From the NCBI GenBank assembly GCA_038230075.1, contig JBBRNV010000001.1, positions 114,667-178,666 of the forward strand: a stretch of 64,000 bases of DNA. The letters are read 5' to 3'. The stretch is from Minisyncoccia bacterium (GTDB lineage Bacteria; Patescibacteriota; Minisyncoccia; Phycocordibacterales; CALRBL01). Numbering within the stretch: position 1 is the first letter of the stretch; the number at the start of each line of letters is the position of its first letter. Of this stretch, positions 47,507 to 58,669 are shown in pieces. The position numbers and the translations under genes are program-made. The notes under the pieces are model-generated. The model searched no databases. It was not told the origin of the DNA and saw only the letters and a list, made by a program, of their open reading frames with translations.

Positions 47507-50191
47507 TTAAACAGTTACCTCCTCTGTCTCTTTAAGCTGAAGACTCTTTCTTCCTTTCTTAACATCGAAGATGAATTCCCCTGTTTTCGTATTCATGCCC
47601 ACTTTTACTGAACCTCCCTTTCCTACTCCATCTTTTACAATATGAGAAGCAACAGTCGTGAGAATCTTATTTTGAATTAATCGCTTAAGTGGTCGAGCTC
47701 CGTATTTAGGATCGTACCCTTCTTTTGCAAGATAAACCAAAACATCTTTTGATACTTCGAGATTAATTTCTTTTTGTGCCAACCGCTCAATCACTCGTTT
47801 AACTTCAATTCCTACAATTGTTTCAATACTTTCAGGACTGAGCACATCGAACATAACAATTTCATCGAGTCGGTTAATGAATTCTGGTCGGAAATAATCT
47901 TTCATACTTTCAAGCACTTTTCCTTTCACCTCATCATAATTTTGCTTTTCTGTTTGATCGGTGCTGAAGCCAATCTTTTCCATTTTGTCGATAAACTGAG
48001 CACCAATGTTTGATGTCAGAATAATAACAGTGTTTTTAAAGTTTACTGTTTTGCCTTTTGCATCAGTTAGTCGACCGTTGTCGAGTACTTGTAAGAGCAA
48101 GTTGAACACTTCAGGATGAGCTTTTTCAATTTCATCGAAAAGAATAACAGAATATGGTCTGTGACGAACCATTTCAGTGAGTTGACCTCCTTCTTCGTAT
48201 CCAACATATCCAGCTGGTGCACCAATTAACTTTGAGACTGAGTGCTTTTCCATAAATTCAGACATGTCTACTCGAATGAGAGCTTTGTCGTCATCGAAAA
48301 GAAATTCTGCGAGTGCCTTGGTGAGTTCTGTTTTTCCAACTCCAGTAGGACCAAGAAAAATAAATGAACCAATCGGTCGACTAGGATCAGCCACACCTGC
48401 ACGAGATCGTTTAATGGTGTCGGTAATTTTCTGAACCGCATTGTCTTGCCCCACCACTCGCTGTTTCAAATGTTCATCCATTCGATTTAATTTTTGTCTT
48501 TCTTCTTCAAGCATTCGAGAAACAGGAATTCCCGTCCAACGAGAAACTACATCTGCAATTTCATTTGCTGTTACTTCTTCTTTCAAAATTCTTCGCGAGC
48601 TCTGAAGTTTTTTTAATTTTTTTGATTTAATTTCTAAATCTTTTTCAAGTGCGGGAATTCTTCCATATCGAATTTCAGCAGCTTTTGAAAGATCGGCACG
48701 CGCTTCTGCTCCTTCTGCCTCTAATCGTGACGTTTCTAGCTGTTTTTTGATGGTTTTGATTTCTGAATACGTCTCTTTTTCATTCCTCCATTTAAGCTCA
48801 ATGTCGCCAGTTTTATCTTTCAAATTGGCAATTTCTTCTTGAATTTCTTTCAGTCGTTCTTTTGTTGCTTTGCTTCCATTGTGTTCATTTGCTAATGCTT
48901 CTTTTTCAATTTCGAGTCGAGTGATTCGTCGATGTGCTTCTTCAAGAGCTTGCGGTTTATTTTCAAGAGAAATTTTCAAGTGTGATGCAGATTCATCAAT
49001 TAAGTCGACAGCTTTATCAGGAAGGAATCTATCAGCAATATATCGTGATGAAAGTTCAACTGCGGCAACAAGTGCGTCGTCAGTGATATGAACTCCATGA
49101 TATAGCTCGTATTTTTCTTTCAAACCTCGAAGAATTGAAACAGCATCTTCAATTGAAGGCTCATTAACATATACAGGTTGAAATCGTCGCGTAAGTGCCG
49201 GGTCTTTTTCAATATATTTTTGATATTCTTTAATTGTTGTTGCGCCAATTGCTCGAAGTTCACCTCGAGAAAGTGCTGGTTTTAACATATTTGATGCATC
49301 AAGTGAGCCTTCGGCTGCACCTGCGCCTACAATGGTGTGAATTTCATCGATGAAAAGAATAACCTTGTCCCCTGCTCGCTCGATTTCTTTCAAAATATTC
49401 TTAAGTCGCTCTTCAAATTCTCCTCGATATTTTGTTCCAGCAACAAGTGATCCCATATCAAGCGATACAAGATCTTTGTCTTTTAATGATTCAGGAACAT
49501 CGCCAAGTGCAATTCTATTAGCCAATCCTTCAACGATGGCAGTTTTTCCAACTCCCGCTTCTCCAATTAGTATTGGATTATTTTTTGTTCTTCGTGACAA
49601 AATTTGAATGACACGATTAATTTCTGAGTCTCGGCCAATAACAGGGTCCAACTTATTATCTTTTGCCAGTGCGGTTAAATTGCGAGTGTATTTATGAAGC
49701 GCTTTAAACTTTTTGTTTCCTCCTGTTGATTCTCCGTGACCTTTTCCTGCTTTTATTTCTTCAAGTACTGCAACAATAGAATGTTTGTCGAGTTTGAACT
49801 TTGTCATTAATTCTCGTGCCGGACTCGGTGTGTCGAAAAAGGCTAGAAACAAGTGTTCTACTGAAACAAACTCTTCTTTCATGGCAATAGCCACTTTTTC
49901 TGAGTTCTCTATAATATGAGCGAGTTCTGGAGTGAGATAAAGCTGATATGAGGCCGAAAGAGTGGCTCCTGTCTCTCCTGATTCGATTGATTCCAAGAGT
50001 GAATCTGATAATAAAATGGTATCTATCTCTAACTTATCGAGCACAGACGAAATAACACTCTCTTCTTGAATAATGAGAGCGGTAAGCATATGAAGAGGGT
50101 TAACATGGTTCTGTCCTCGTTCAATGGCTAATTCGTGGGCTCGTCTAATTGCTTCCTTGGCTTTTGTTGTAAATTTTTGAAATGGTGGCAT
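47507..50191 (-). CDS. clpB: ATP-dependent chaperone ClpB
   Basis: N-domain, two AAA+ modules with Walker A motifs ([16 protein letters not shown]) and a long M-domain coiled-coil between them. 894 aa. Confidence 0.95.
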   Translation of the reverse strand: MPPFQKFTTKAKEAIRRAHELAIERGQNHVNPLHMLTALIIQEESVISSVLDKLEIDTILLSDSLLESIESGETGATLSASYQLYLTPELAHIIENSEKVAIAMKEEFVSVEHLFLAFFDTPSPARELMTKFKLDKHSIVAVLEEIKAGKGHGESTGGNKKFKALHKYTRNLTALAKDNKLDPVIGRDSEINRVIQILSRRTKNNPILIGEAGVGKTAIVEGLANRIALGDVPESLKDKDLVSLDMGSLVAGTKYRGEFEERLKNILKEIERAGDKVILFIDEIHTIVGAGAAEGSLDASNMLKPALSRGELRAIGATTIKEYQKYIEKDPALTRRFQPVYVNEPSIEDAVSILRGLKEKYELYHGVHITDDALVAAVELSSRYIADRFLPDKAVDLIDESASHLKISLENKPQALEEAHRRITRLEIEKEALANEHNGSKATKERLKEIQEEIANLKDKTGDIELKWRNEKETYSEIKTIKKQLETSRLEAEGAEARADLSKAAEIRYGRIPALEKDLEIKSKKLKKLQSSRRILKEEVTANEIADVVSRWTGIPVSRMLEEERQKLNRMDEHLKQRVVGQDNAVQKITDTIKRSRAGVADPSRPIGSFIFLGPTGVGKTELTKALAEFLFDDDKALIRVDMSEFMEKHSVSKLIGAPAGYVGYEEGGQLTEMVRHRPYSVILFDEIEKAHPEVFNLLLQVLDNGRLTDAKGKTVNFKNTVIILTSNIGAQFIDKMEKIGFSTDQTEKQNYDEVKGKVLESMKDYFRPEFINRLDEIVMFDVLSPESIETIVGIEVKRVIERLAQKEINLEVSKDVLVYLAKEGYDPKYGARPLKRLIQNKILTTVASHIVKDGVGKGGSVKVGMNTKTGEFIFDVKKGRKSLQLKETEEVTV

Positions 50192-50269
50192 GTATATATG
50201 TTTGTTTTATATGATTCTTCCTCCATTATAACACCCCTGTCAAGTCTTTCGCCAAATTACCAATATTTC

Positions 50270-50680
50270 TTATTTATTGATCAAAGCATCTCTCTCAACA
50301 ATTGCCTTAGCAAGTGTTGAGTTAGTATTTAAATACTCTATATAGAGTATATGTGATTTATTGATATCGAGGGTTGATTTTGGTGATTGTGGCTCTTCTT
50401 GAAGTGACAACACCTGAAGACTTTGAGCACCTGTTGTTGTTGCCCCATCTTGAGGTCGTACATAGTACACGTGTCGAAGTGTGACCGTGTCACTAAATGG
50501 AAGCCACCATCCCTTTCCAAAATAAACTTGACCGTTATCAATAAAAACAGCTTTCCATGAAGATGCACTTGAAATCAAGCCAACAAAAAACCACAAAATA
50601 AGAACCACAATAGCAATCAAACTGATTCTTGAGATAAGTGGTTTTTTTAAAAAAACAAAGATGTTGTTGATGTATTTCAT
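50270..50680 (-). CDS. Small membrane-anchored protein, unknown function (last gene of the surface locus)
   Basis: N-terminal TM. Co-directional with the giant gene and immediately 3' of it. Confidence 0.45.
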   Translation of the reverse strand: MKYINNIFVFLKKPLISRISLIAIVVLILWFFVGLISSASSWKAVFIDNGQVYFGKGWWLPFSDTVTLRHVYYVRPQDGATTTGAQSLQVLSLQEEPQSPKSTLDINKSHILYIEYLNTNSTLAKAIVERDALINK

Positions 50681-50721
50681 ATATATGATTTCTACTATAC
50701 CCTATTTTTTATGATTAATGT

Positions 50722-53700
50722 CTATGTTGATGAACCTGTATCTGACGGCGCAGCCGGAGCTGTATCTACTGGTGCGGAAGGTGTCGAATCTGCAGGTGTT
50801 GTCGCAGGTGTCGCAGGTTCGGGCGTTGGCGTTGGATCAGTAACCGTTTGCTGAGTGTTATTAACCGGAGTATCAGCAGATGGAGTTATCACAGGATCAT
50901 TCGAATGATCGACAGGTGAAGTGGTTGTTCCAGACGATGTTGCATTTCCAGGATCTGATCCATTAATAGTTGTTGAGGCAGATGTTGTTGTTGAAGTTTC
51001 TACAGGCGCTGCAACATAATCACCATCAGATGAAACATTCGTTATTGTTGTAGTTCCAACTGAAGATGTTGTGGAGCTATTATCTTCAATAGTAATAATT
51101 GGAGGTGTACTTGTTCCTGTTGAGCTAGCATTCGCAGTTTCTGGGTCGTACGTATTGATCATGAACCAACTGAAGGTGACGACATTTGTTTGAGATCGTG
51201 CCATTCGAACCGTGAATCCTACTCCTGGAGTAATGTCTGTTACATAAAGAGGACTATCCACGGCTGATGTTGGAGTGATTGAAATCAAACTTCCTTCTGT
51301 CACTTGTCGATTTGAAATTGTAACCATAAATTGTCCTTCAGGAATACTTCCACTTCCAGCAATTTGCTGAGAACCTCGAGGAATGGTTAGTGTTCCACCA
51401 GGAATAACAGTTAAGTCTTTTACAAAGAGTGATGAAATATTAGCAACAAGTGCAGACATTTTATTAGTGATGAAGTATGCCAAGTTATCTGCTTTATTGA
51501 GAACCATGAATGCGATGTCACTGATTGCAGTATTTACTGATTCAACAAATTCTCCAACGGTTCCATTTGTTCCTGAAGATAATTCATCAGTTACTGCAGC
51601 TGCATCTGTTCGAGCTTGCTGAATATCATTCCATGTCACACTTTCGACACCGAGAAACACTGTTACTGATGGATCTTCTCCTTCAGCTCCACTATATGGT
51701 GACAACGCTCGTCCAAGAACTCGTCCTGGTTTTGTTGCTTTTGCTCCAACTCCACCAACTGTTGAAGCGGTGATGTAATCTCCAATTGCAATTGGACCAT
51801 TTTCTAAGCTCACCGTTACTGGTACTCGTCCAGCAAGAGCAATAGGAATTGCACGTGCACCGTCAATTAGTGTTGAACTCTGACTTAATCTGAAAGCAGG
51901 ATCTTTTGAATACACTCCAATAACATATGCATCATCTTTTCCAACTGATTTTCGAACCATTCCTTTTTCTCGCGTATCAATACTTACAATGTCGCCTGCG
52001 GCCAAACTGTCGTCTCGAGTTGGATAATCTTCAGCAACGTCGTACGCACCAATAGCAGAGGTTATTCCGTGACTGAAAACAAACTTACCGTTGTTAGTAT
52101 TTCCTGTTCCATCACTATTTGTGTTTCCTGCAACAAACTTAATATCACCGTAGTTTTTAAATCCGTTAAGTTCTGACTCTGAAGTTGTTGCTGCAGCATT
52201 AAATTCAAGAGCATATGATTCAGAGTCTGCCACGTTATAACTAAACACTTGTGTTGCACTTACTTTTTCTGTTCCAACAAACAAACTGTCTCCAGCTTGA
52301 ACGAGTGCAGTGACACCGTCGGCTGTTGTTGAAGCATTTACTTTTGAAACATATCCAGCGGTACTACTTGAAACTCGAGTCCAATTTGTTCCACCAGAAT
52401 ACTTATACAAAATCGCGCCGGCTGGTTCGTATATACCCACATACAATGAATCTTTATATATACTCATCGCAGATACTCTGTCGAGGTTTTGTGTAGCAAC
52501 ATTTGTTTCAATCGTACCAACAGTTGAACTTGAGACTTGTGTAAATGAGTTTCCAGCCGCTACTGTTCCGTCGAATCGAACCACTTGTGCAGTATTTGCA
52601 CCATCGTCGATACCAATATACGTAGCACCATTGTACACAGCCATGGTTCTAATATTGTCGACAGCAGTTGAGGCGCCGAATGTTCCTACTGCACTATTCA
52701 TCAAAAGCATCGGGGTTGCAGCGTTCGAACCTTCATATCGATATACCGCAGCGGAGTTCAATTTTGAAACACCGACATATAGCGCTCCATTATCAATAGA
52801 CATCGCATTAACACTATTCACAAGAGTAGCGGCTCCGAATGTTCCCGCGCCTGTTGCAACAACGGTGTTGTTTACACGTGTCCATTGTGTAGACGAAGAA
52901 GTATTCAATCCGTTAAATCGATACACTTCAGCACCACCTGTTTTAGCGGTTCCGATATAAAGTTGTCCATTATAGATGGCCATCGCACTGACAGAGTCAA
53001 TTGCAGTTGTTGTTGCATTTCCTCCGATTGATCCGGCGGTCGTACTTGAAACTTTCGTCCATGTACTATTTCCTTCGTATCGATACACTTCAGCGCCTCC
53101 AGTTTTAGCGGTTCCGATATAAAGTTGTCCGTTATACACCGCCATTGAAGCAATTGAGGCAATGGTGTTCGTTTGTGTACCCGATCCTCCGATAACTCCA
53201 GCTGTTGTACTTGAAACTTTTGTCCAACCTGTTCCTCCGTTGTATCGATACACTTCTGCAGCTCCTGTTTTCATCACACCGGCATATACTGATCCGTTCC
53301 AAACAGCCATGGCTGTTGTAGTAGAGAGTGATGCAGTTCCTCCTGATTGAATAGTTCCTGTAGTATTGATTAAATCAGTATAAGTTCCTGTAGCGTTAAC
53401 ACGTTTTCCAATAAGCACATTTCCTCCTTCAATAGTTAATCGTTCAGTTGGAGATGTTGTTCCAATTCCAACATTACCTGTAGTTCCATCCGTGAAAATA
53501 CTGGTGACGTTTGAAGTGGTACTGAATACGCTAAATGTTCCAGCGGTAGTCAGTGTTTGTGCTGCTGATGTTGTTCCGATACCAACCGAACCATTAGTAC
53601 CATTAAAATAAATATTTGTTCCACTCGTTGTCCATTGTGTTCCTGAACCGTTTGTTGCAACAAGGGTTCCGTTTTGATACAAGTTTCCTGTGAAGTTAAT

Positions 53701-56700
53701 GTCTCCAGCAACACCAAGTTTAAATGTTGCTGTTGGAGTTGTTGTACCAACTCCAACTGTTCCGTTTGCCAATACTGTCAACAACGTTGAACCTGTTGTT
53801 GATGCAACAGTGAAGAGTGATGTTGTTGGTGCGGTTGTCGTTCCTTGAATCGTAAAGACAGATGAAGTTGATGTGGTTCCAAGTGAAATATTTCGAGCGA
53901 TCAAATCTCTCCATGTTCCGAGTGTTCCATTATTAACTTCAAGTATTCCTTGGCCAGTTCTTCCAAGACCTGTTGCAACTTGGAATGAGTAATTTGAACC
54001 ATCATTTGAGAATGTTACCAATCCGTTACTTGTAACTTGTACTGCCGCAGAACCTCCGGCAAATCCAGCACCAATGCCAAAAAACGGAGCATTGTTAAAT
54101 GACAACGTTTTATTGTATACCTGCGTAGAGTAACTTCCTCCGTTCACGTAGACAAGTGTCACATCCCAAGAACTTACACCGTCCGAAATAAATTCATATC
54201 GAACAAAGTTTCCTGTTCCTGATGGTCCTTGAAATTGTGTGTTTGTATCAGTTGTTAACCCTCCCAACGTATCAGAACCTCCTCTTATAAATTTAAGGTA
54301 ATTTGAAATTGTTGGTTTACCATTTGAATAGACATAAAGCTTTCGTCCATTTGTATAACTACTAGCAGCTGGGAGAGTAATAGTTCGAATAGCAGTAAAT
54401 GCCGCCGTAAGATTCAAAACATCTGTTGTTGTTGCAACTGTTTTGTTAGCGTCTCCCATTGTATCAAGTGTATTGATATCGTATGCGTTTGAAACAGCAA
54501 CAGCTGCACCTCCACCGTTTCCTTTTAGTACAGAACTTGTTGTTGGGATAATTCCAAGTGATGAGGTTGCAACCCATTGAGTAACAGATCCTGTAGTTTG
54601 AAGTATTTGTCCGTTTGATCCTGCTGAACCATTTGCTTTAAATGCGCCAGTTAAGTTGAATGAGCCGGTGACTGAGAGTGTGTCTGATGGAGATGAGGTA
54701 CCAATCCCCACATTACCTGCAAAATAGTTGTTACCAGAACCATAAGTTCTAATAATTCCGTTTGTTGTATCTTTCAAATCAAGTTGACCACTTGTAAAAA
54801 GATTCATTACGTCACTTCCATTTGAAGCATCTCCTGATGAATCACTGTTTCTCCAGCTAAATTTACCTACTCCTGGGTTTCCCGGATCCATATACATTGC
54901 AAATGTCCACTCTTGAATTCCGAATCCCCATCGTTGACCTCCACCGCCGCTGTAAAGATTTATTTTGTCTCCAAGGGATGTGGCGAAAGTAAGAGGTGCA
55001 TCAGGACTAGTAATACCAATCCCCACATTTCCGTTTTGAAGAATCGTAAATAAATTTAATCCTGTTGAAGAAGCAACTGCAAAAGGATTGAGGCCTGCTG
55101 AGCCCTTCACGTTAAATGTTGTTGCTGAAGATGTTGCATTCACTCCTGCAACTGTTCCGTCGTCGATGAATAATCCTGTTGAAAGTGTTGAAGCTCCCGT
55201 CCATCGAGCAAGGTATCCGTTGGTTCCTCCTGATAATCCAGCACCACCAGAAATTCCAAGGGAAGAAGTGGCAACCCATTGTGTTCCTGATCCTGTAGTC
55301 TGAAGAACCATTCCACTTGATCCTGCTGATCCGTTTGCTTTGAAAGCGCCGGTTAAGTTGAATGAGCCGGTGACTGAGAGTGTGTCTGATGGAGTTGACG
55401 AACCAATTCCAAAGTTTCCATTTTGAAGAAGGGTTAAAAGGTGAGTTCCTGTTGATGATGCGATGATGAAAGGATTTGTTCCTCCAGTTCCAGTAAGGGC
55501 AAGTTGCGCAATTGGAGACGATGTTCCGATTCCAACATTTCCCTGAACAATGAGTCCATTTGTTGGTGCAGCGATTCCCGCATATGACGCTCCAATACCT
55601 GCTCGCCCATTTAAACTGAGAGTGTTTGTGGTGGTGGTTGTTCCAACCCCAATTGCTCCACCAGTACTTATAACAAATCTGTCGACATAGCCCGTACCAT
55701 CATATGATTGGAAGGTAAGATTTCCAGTAGGATGAACACTTCCTTGAATTGGAACAAGAAACGCCCTAAACGACACTGGTGAACTTGCTGGATCAAATGT
55801 TTCGTAACCATTACCCATCCATGTGATTGCAGGAGAATATTGTTGAAAGCCGTTTGTTGCGACAGTTGTGTTTGTTAATGCAATTCCATTTGTTGCAGCG
55901 CCAAGAGTTGGTGAAGTTGTTGTGCCTAATCCGTCAGATCGAATTTCAAGTTTTGCATAAAATGGATTTGTAATTCCAATTCCAACATTTCCATTTTGAG
56001 CAACAGTAAACAAACTCAAACCAGTCGATGATGCAACATTAAAAGCATTAACTCCGGCATTACCCGCAACATTAAATGTCGTTGTTGAAGATGTTGCGTT
56101 GATTCCAGAAACAGTTCCGTTGTCGATGAATAATCCTGTCGATAATGTTGAAGCTGATGTCCACCGAGCAACATAGCCAAGTGTTCCTCCTGAGAGCGAT
56201 GCTCCAATACCGAGTGATGATGTTGAGACCCATTGTGTTCCTGTTCCTGTTGTTTGAAGTATTTGTCCGTTTGATCCTGCTGAACCATTAGCTTTGAAGG
56301 CTCCGGTTAGATTCATCGATCCCACAACAGTAAATTTGTCTGATGCAGTAGTTGTACCTACTCCAACATTTCCGCCTGCTGTTGCCAAACTAATTTTTCC
56401 GTACACACCACCAGCAACTCCAGCATTAATTACTACATTTCCTCCGAAGGCACCGAATCCCCCGGCACCTCCTCCTGTAATATTTACATTTCCTCCGTAA
56501 GCACTCGATCCACTGAGTCCTGCTGTAAAGTTTAAATCTCCTCCTGTACCTCCTGATGCTGATGCATCACCTCCCGTTAAATTAATGGCACCTCCTGTAC
56601 CATCACTTCCTCCTCCTGCTTTAATATCAATATATCCTCCGGCACCAGAAGCTGCATTTCCTGATCTTAAAATAATATTTCCTCCAGACACTGCACCAGA

Positions 56701-58602
56701 TGCACCGTATACAGCAAGAGCGTCGGGAACAAATCCACCAATTCCTCCTGAGGTAGGTCCAACGAGCGAGAGTGTTGCGTTAGGAGATGAAGAGCCGATG
56801 CCAACATTTCCATTTGCAAGAACTGAAACGTATGATGCACCTGATGATGAAGCAATGCTTAACAATGAAACATTTGGCGAAGTAGATGCTCCTTGAATAT
56901 TAAATAAAGACACCCCGGTTGAAGTACCAATATTTACTGTTGCACCTTTCAAAAGCAGATTTCTATTTACTCCTGTTCCAAGAGCGGTTACACCAACCTC
57001 TAAAACATTCCCATTCCAGTTAATTGAACCTCGTTCGTAGTTCGTTGTGTTTGTGTATGCATTATATAATTCCAATCCTCCAGATGAGATGGTTGATCCC
57101 GACCCATCTGTAAATCTGACACCCGCACCGAAGGTTGCTGCAGGGTACATAAAATTCCCACTTAAGGCAAATGGATTTCCTGAAATTCTTCCACCTGATA
57201 TATTTCCAGTATTCGTTGTAAAGTTTCCAGTTACTGAGACGTCTCCGTTTTGTTCAATCGTAAATAAGTTTGTTCCCGTCGATGATGCAACGGCAAATGG
57301 GTTGAGCCCTGCTGTTCCTCGAATATTAAATGTCGTTGTTGCACTTGTTGCATTAATTCCTGCAACTGTTCCGTCGTCGATGAATAATCCTGTTGAAAGT
57401 GTTGAAGCTCCCGTCCATCGAGCAAGGTATCCGTTGGCACCTCCTGATAAACCAAACCCCAATGATGATGTCGACACATATGTTGGAATTCCTGTAGGTC
57501 CCGTTGACTGAAGAAGTTGTCCTGCAGTTCCTGCAGAACCACCAGCGTTAAGTGGTCCACTGAAAGAAAGTCCTCCAGAAAACGTTCCTGTTGCCGCTGT
57601 TAAATTTCCGCCATTTAAGTTAAGTGGTGTTGCTCCTCCTGATGCCAAGAAGCCAAGGTTGATTAGGCCTTGTCGGAGATCAGTGTTGTTTGCTAATTGA
57701 ACAATAGGAGTTGCACCAAAGAAACCGAGTTTTTGATTTGTTGCGGTACCAAGTTGTGTTCCTGTGCCTGTTCCTAACACAATATTTTTTGCATCAGCGA
57801 TTGAGAGACCATTGCTTGCAGTGATGAGTCCTGCAGCAGATAAGGCATTTGAGAATGTTGAAGTTCCTGTTGTTGATGCTGAGGTGATAATTCCAGTGAA
57901 ATACGCATCACCATTCACTGTTAACTTTGAAAAAGGCGTCGACGACCCCACCCCCACATTCCCATTGTTCAAAAGTGACAACACTGATGTTGTTGCTGGT
58001 CCGAAAAACTCAGCGAGCTTTCCTGCTCCGTTTTGTTGCACTTGAAAAAAGGTTGCAGCAGATGATGTTGAATTAAGTACATCACTTCGAAGAAATTGTT
58101 GATCGCTGTATCCGTTCAGTGAGAGTGCAGTGAGCGCAGAAGGAGCTGATGCAAGTGCTTTTCGTGGTGACATTTCTCCATCCCACGCAGGAGATGATGT
58201 TCCCCCAATGTTCACTGAGAGATAGAGTTGTTGATTGAAGTTAATTGAAGCAAGAGAAGTGACATTTCCAAGAAGAACACTAAAGAGTCCGTTTGTGACG
58301 GTGACTTTGTTTGCACTGGTTCGACTTTCAACCCATAAACACTGGGCGTCTCCAGAACATGTTCCTTGAGAAGAACCGACCGAGGTTGATGACGCATAGA
58401 GTTTGAACTCAATGTTGTATGTTCCGTTTGGAACAGCAACACTTGATGAGGCGTATAGCTTTCCTTGGTAGTTGATGGTTTGGGGGGCTGCTGCTTCAAC
58501 TTTTGCAACAGAAAAAGACGTTCCCAGTAAGCCGAAGGCTGGCCCAAAAATGAGAGAAAAGATGACAGAAAAAACAGTAATTTTGAAGGCGTGCAACTTC
58601 AT
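50722..58602 (-). CDS. Giant secreted repeat protein (2626 aa), putative surface adhesin/fibre
   Basis: 7.9-kb uninterrupted ORF with a signal peptide and Gly/Thr/Ser/Asn-rich beta-repeat modules. One ~100-aa module occurs at least three times (LSGGTNGYLARWTGASTLSTGLFIDDGTVAGINATS...). There are ~6 propeller-like repeats (AEVYRYEGNSTWTKVSSTTAG) and a Pro/Thr-rich C-terminal tail. Confidence 0.85.
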   Translation of the reverse strand: MKLHAFKITVFSVIFSLIFGPAFGLLGTSFSVAKVEAAAPQTINYQGKLYASSSVAVPNGTYNIEFKLYASSTSVGSSQGTCSGDAQCLWVESRTSANKVTVTNGLFSVLLGNVTSLASINFNQQLYLSVNIGGTSSPAWDGEMSPRKALASAPSALTALSLNGYSDQQFLRSDVLNSTSSAATFFQVQQNGAGKLAEFFGPATTSVLSLLNNGNVGVGSSTPFSKLTVNGDAYFTGIITSASTTGTSTFSNALSAAGLITASNGLSIADAKNIVLGTGTGTQLGTATNQKLGFFGATPIVQLANNTDLRQGLINLGFLASGGATPLNLNGGNLTAATGTFSGGLSFSGPLNAGGSAGTAGQLLQSTGPTGIPTYVSTSSLGFGLSGGANGYLARWTGASTLSTGLFIDDGTVAGINATSATTTFNIRGTAGLNPFAVASSTGTNLFTIEQNGDVSVTGNFTTNTGNISGGRISGNPFALSGNFMYPAATFGAGVRFTDGSGSTISSGGLELYNAYTNTTNYERGSINWNGNVLEVGVTALGTGVNRNLLLKGATVNIGTSTGVSLFNIQGASTSPNVSLLSIASSSGASYVSVLANGNVGIGSSSPNATLSLVGPTSGGIGGFVPDALAVYGASGAVSGGNIILRSGNAASGAGGYIDIKAGGGSDGTGGAINLTGGDASASGGTGGDLNFTAGLSGSSAYGGNVNITGGGAGGFGAFGGNVVINAGVAGGVYGKISLATAGGNVGVGTTTASDKFTVVGSMNLTGAFKANGSAGSNGQILQTTGTGTQWVSTSSLGIGASLSGGTLGYVARWTSASTLSTGLFIDNGTVSGINATSSTTTFNVAGNAGVNAFNVASSTGLSLFTVAQNGNVGIGITNPFYAKLEIRSDGLGTTTSPTLGAATNGIALTNTTVATNGFQQYSPAITWMGNGYETFDPASSPVSFRAFLVPIQGSVHPTGNLTFQSYDGTGYVDRFVISTGGAIGVGTTTTTNTLSLNGRAGIGASYAGIAAPTNGLIVQGNVGIGTSSPIAQLALTGTGGTNPFIIASSTGTHLLTLLQNGNFGIGSSTPSDTLSVTGSFNLTGAFKANGSAGSSGMVLQTTGSGTQWVATSSLGISGGAGLSGGTNGYLARWTGASTLSTGLFIDDGTVAGVNATSSATTFNVKGSAGLNPFAVASSTGLNLFTILQNGNVGIGITSPDAPLTFATSLGDKINLYSGGGGQRWGFGIQEWTFAMYMDPGNPGVGKFSWRNSDSSGDASNGSDVMNLFTSGQLDLKDTTNGIIRTYGSGNNYFAGNVGIGTSSPSDTLSVTGSFNLTGAFKANGSAGSNGQILQTTGSVTQWVATSSLGIIPTTSSVLKGNGGGAAVAVSNAYDINTLDTMGDANKTVATTTDVLNLTAAFTAIRTITLPAASSYTNGRKLYVYSNGKPTISNYLKFIRGGSDTLGGLTTDTNTQFQGPSGTGNFVRYEFISDGVSSWDVTLVYVNGGSYSTQVYNKTLSFNNAPFFGIGAGFAGGSAAVQVTSNGLVTFSNDGSNYSFQVATGLGRTGQGILEVNNGTLGTWRDLIARNISLGTTSTSSVFTIQGTTTAPTTSLFTVASTTGSTLLTVLANGTVGVGTTTPTATFKLGVAGDINFTGNLYQNGTLVATNGSGTQWTTSGTNIYFNGTNGSVGIGTTSAAQTLTTAGTFSVFSTTSNVTSIFTDGTTGNVGIGTTSPTERLTIEGGNVLIGKRVNATGTYTDLINTTGTIQSGGTASLSTTTAMAVWNGSVYAGVMKTGAAEVYRYNGGTGWTKVSSTTAGVIGGSGTQTNTIASIASMAVYNGQLYIGTAKTGGAEVYRYEGNSTWTKVSSTTAGSIGGNATTTAIDSVSAMAIYNGQLYIGTAKTGGAEVYRFNGLNTSSSTQWTRVNNTVVATGAGTFGAATLVNSVNAMSIDNGALYVGVSKLNSAAVYRYEGSNAATPMLLMNSAVGTFGASTAVDNIRTMAVYNGATYIGIDDGANTAQVVRFDGTVAAGNSFTQVSSSTVGTIETNVATQNLDRVSAMSIYKDSLYVGIYEPAGAILYKYSGGTNWTRVSSSTAGYVSKVNASTTADGVTALVQAGDSLFVGTEKVSATQVFSYNVADSESYALEFNAAATTSESELNGFKNYGDIKFVAGNTNSDGTGNTNNGKFVFSHGITSAIGAYDVAEDYPTRDDSLAAGDIVSIDTREKGMVRKSVGKDDAYVIGVYSKDPAFRLSQSSTLIDGARAIPIALAGRVPVTVSLENGPIAIGDYITASTVGGVGAKATKPGRVLGRALSPYSGAEGEDPSVTVFLGVESVTWNDIQQARTDAAAVTDELSSGTNGTVGEFVESVNTAISDIAFMVLNKADNLAYFITNKMSALVANISSLFVKDLTVIPGGTLTIPRGSQQIAGSGSIPEGQFMVTISNRQVTEGSLISITPTSAVDSPLYVTDITPGVGFTVRMARSQTNVVTFSWFMINTYDPETANASSTGTSTPPIITIEDNSSTTSSVGTTTITNVSSDGDYVAAPVETSTTTSASTTINGSDPGNATSSGTTTSPVDHSNDPVITPSADTPVNNTQQTVTDPTPTPEPATPATTPADSTPSAPVDTAPAAPSDTGSST

Positions 58603-58669
58603 GAATTTACATCACAAATTATAGCACGTAAAATTTAAAAAAACCTTAGTTATCAACAGAAAATCGAAA

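Noticed and set aside
51383-57511. Multiple 60-216-aa plus-strand ORFs inside the giant gene
   Set aside because: Antisense shadows of the Gly/Thr/Ser-rich repeat gene (Pro/Val/Ala-rich translations). Useful only as evidence of DNA-level repeats.
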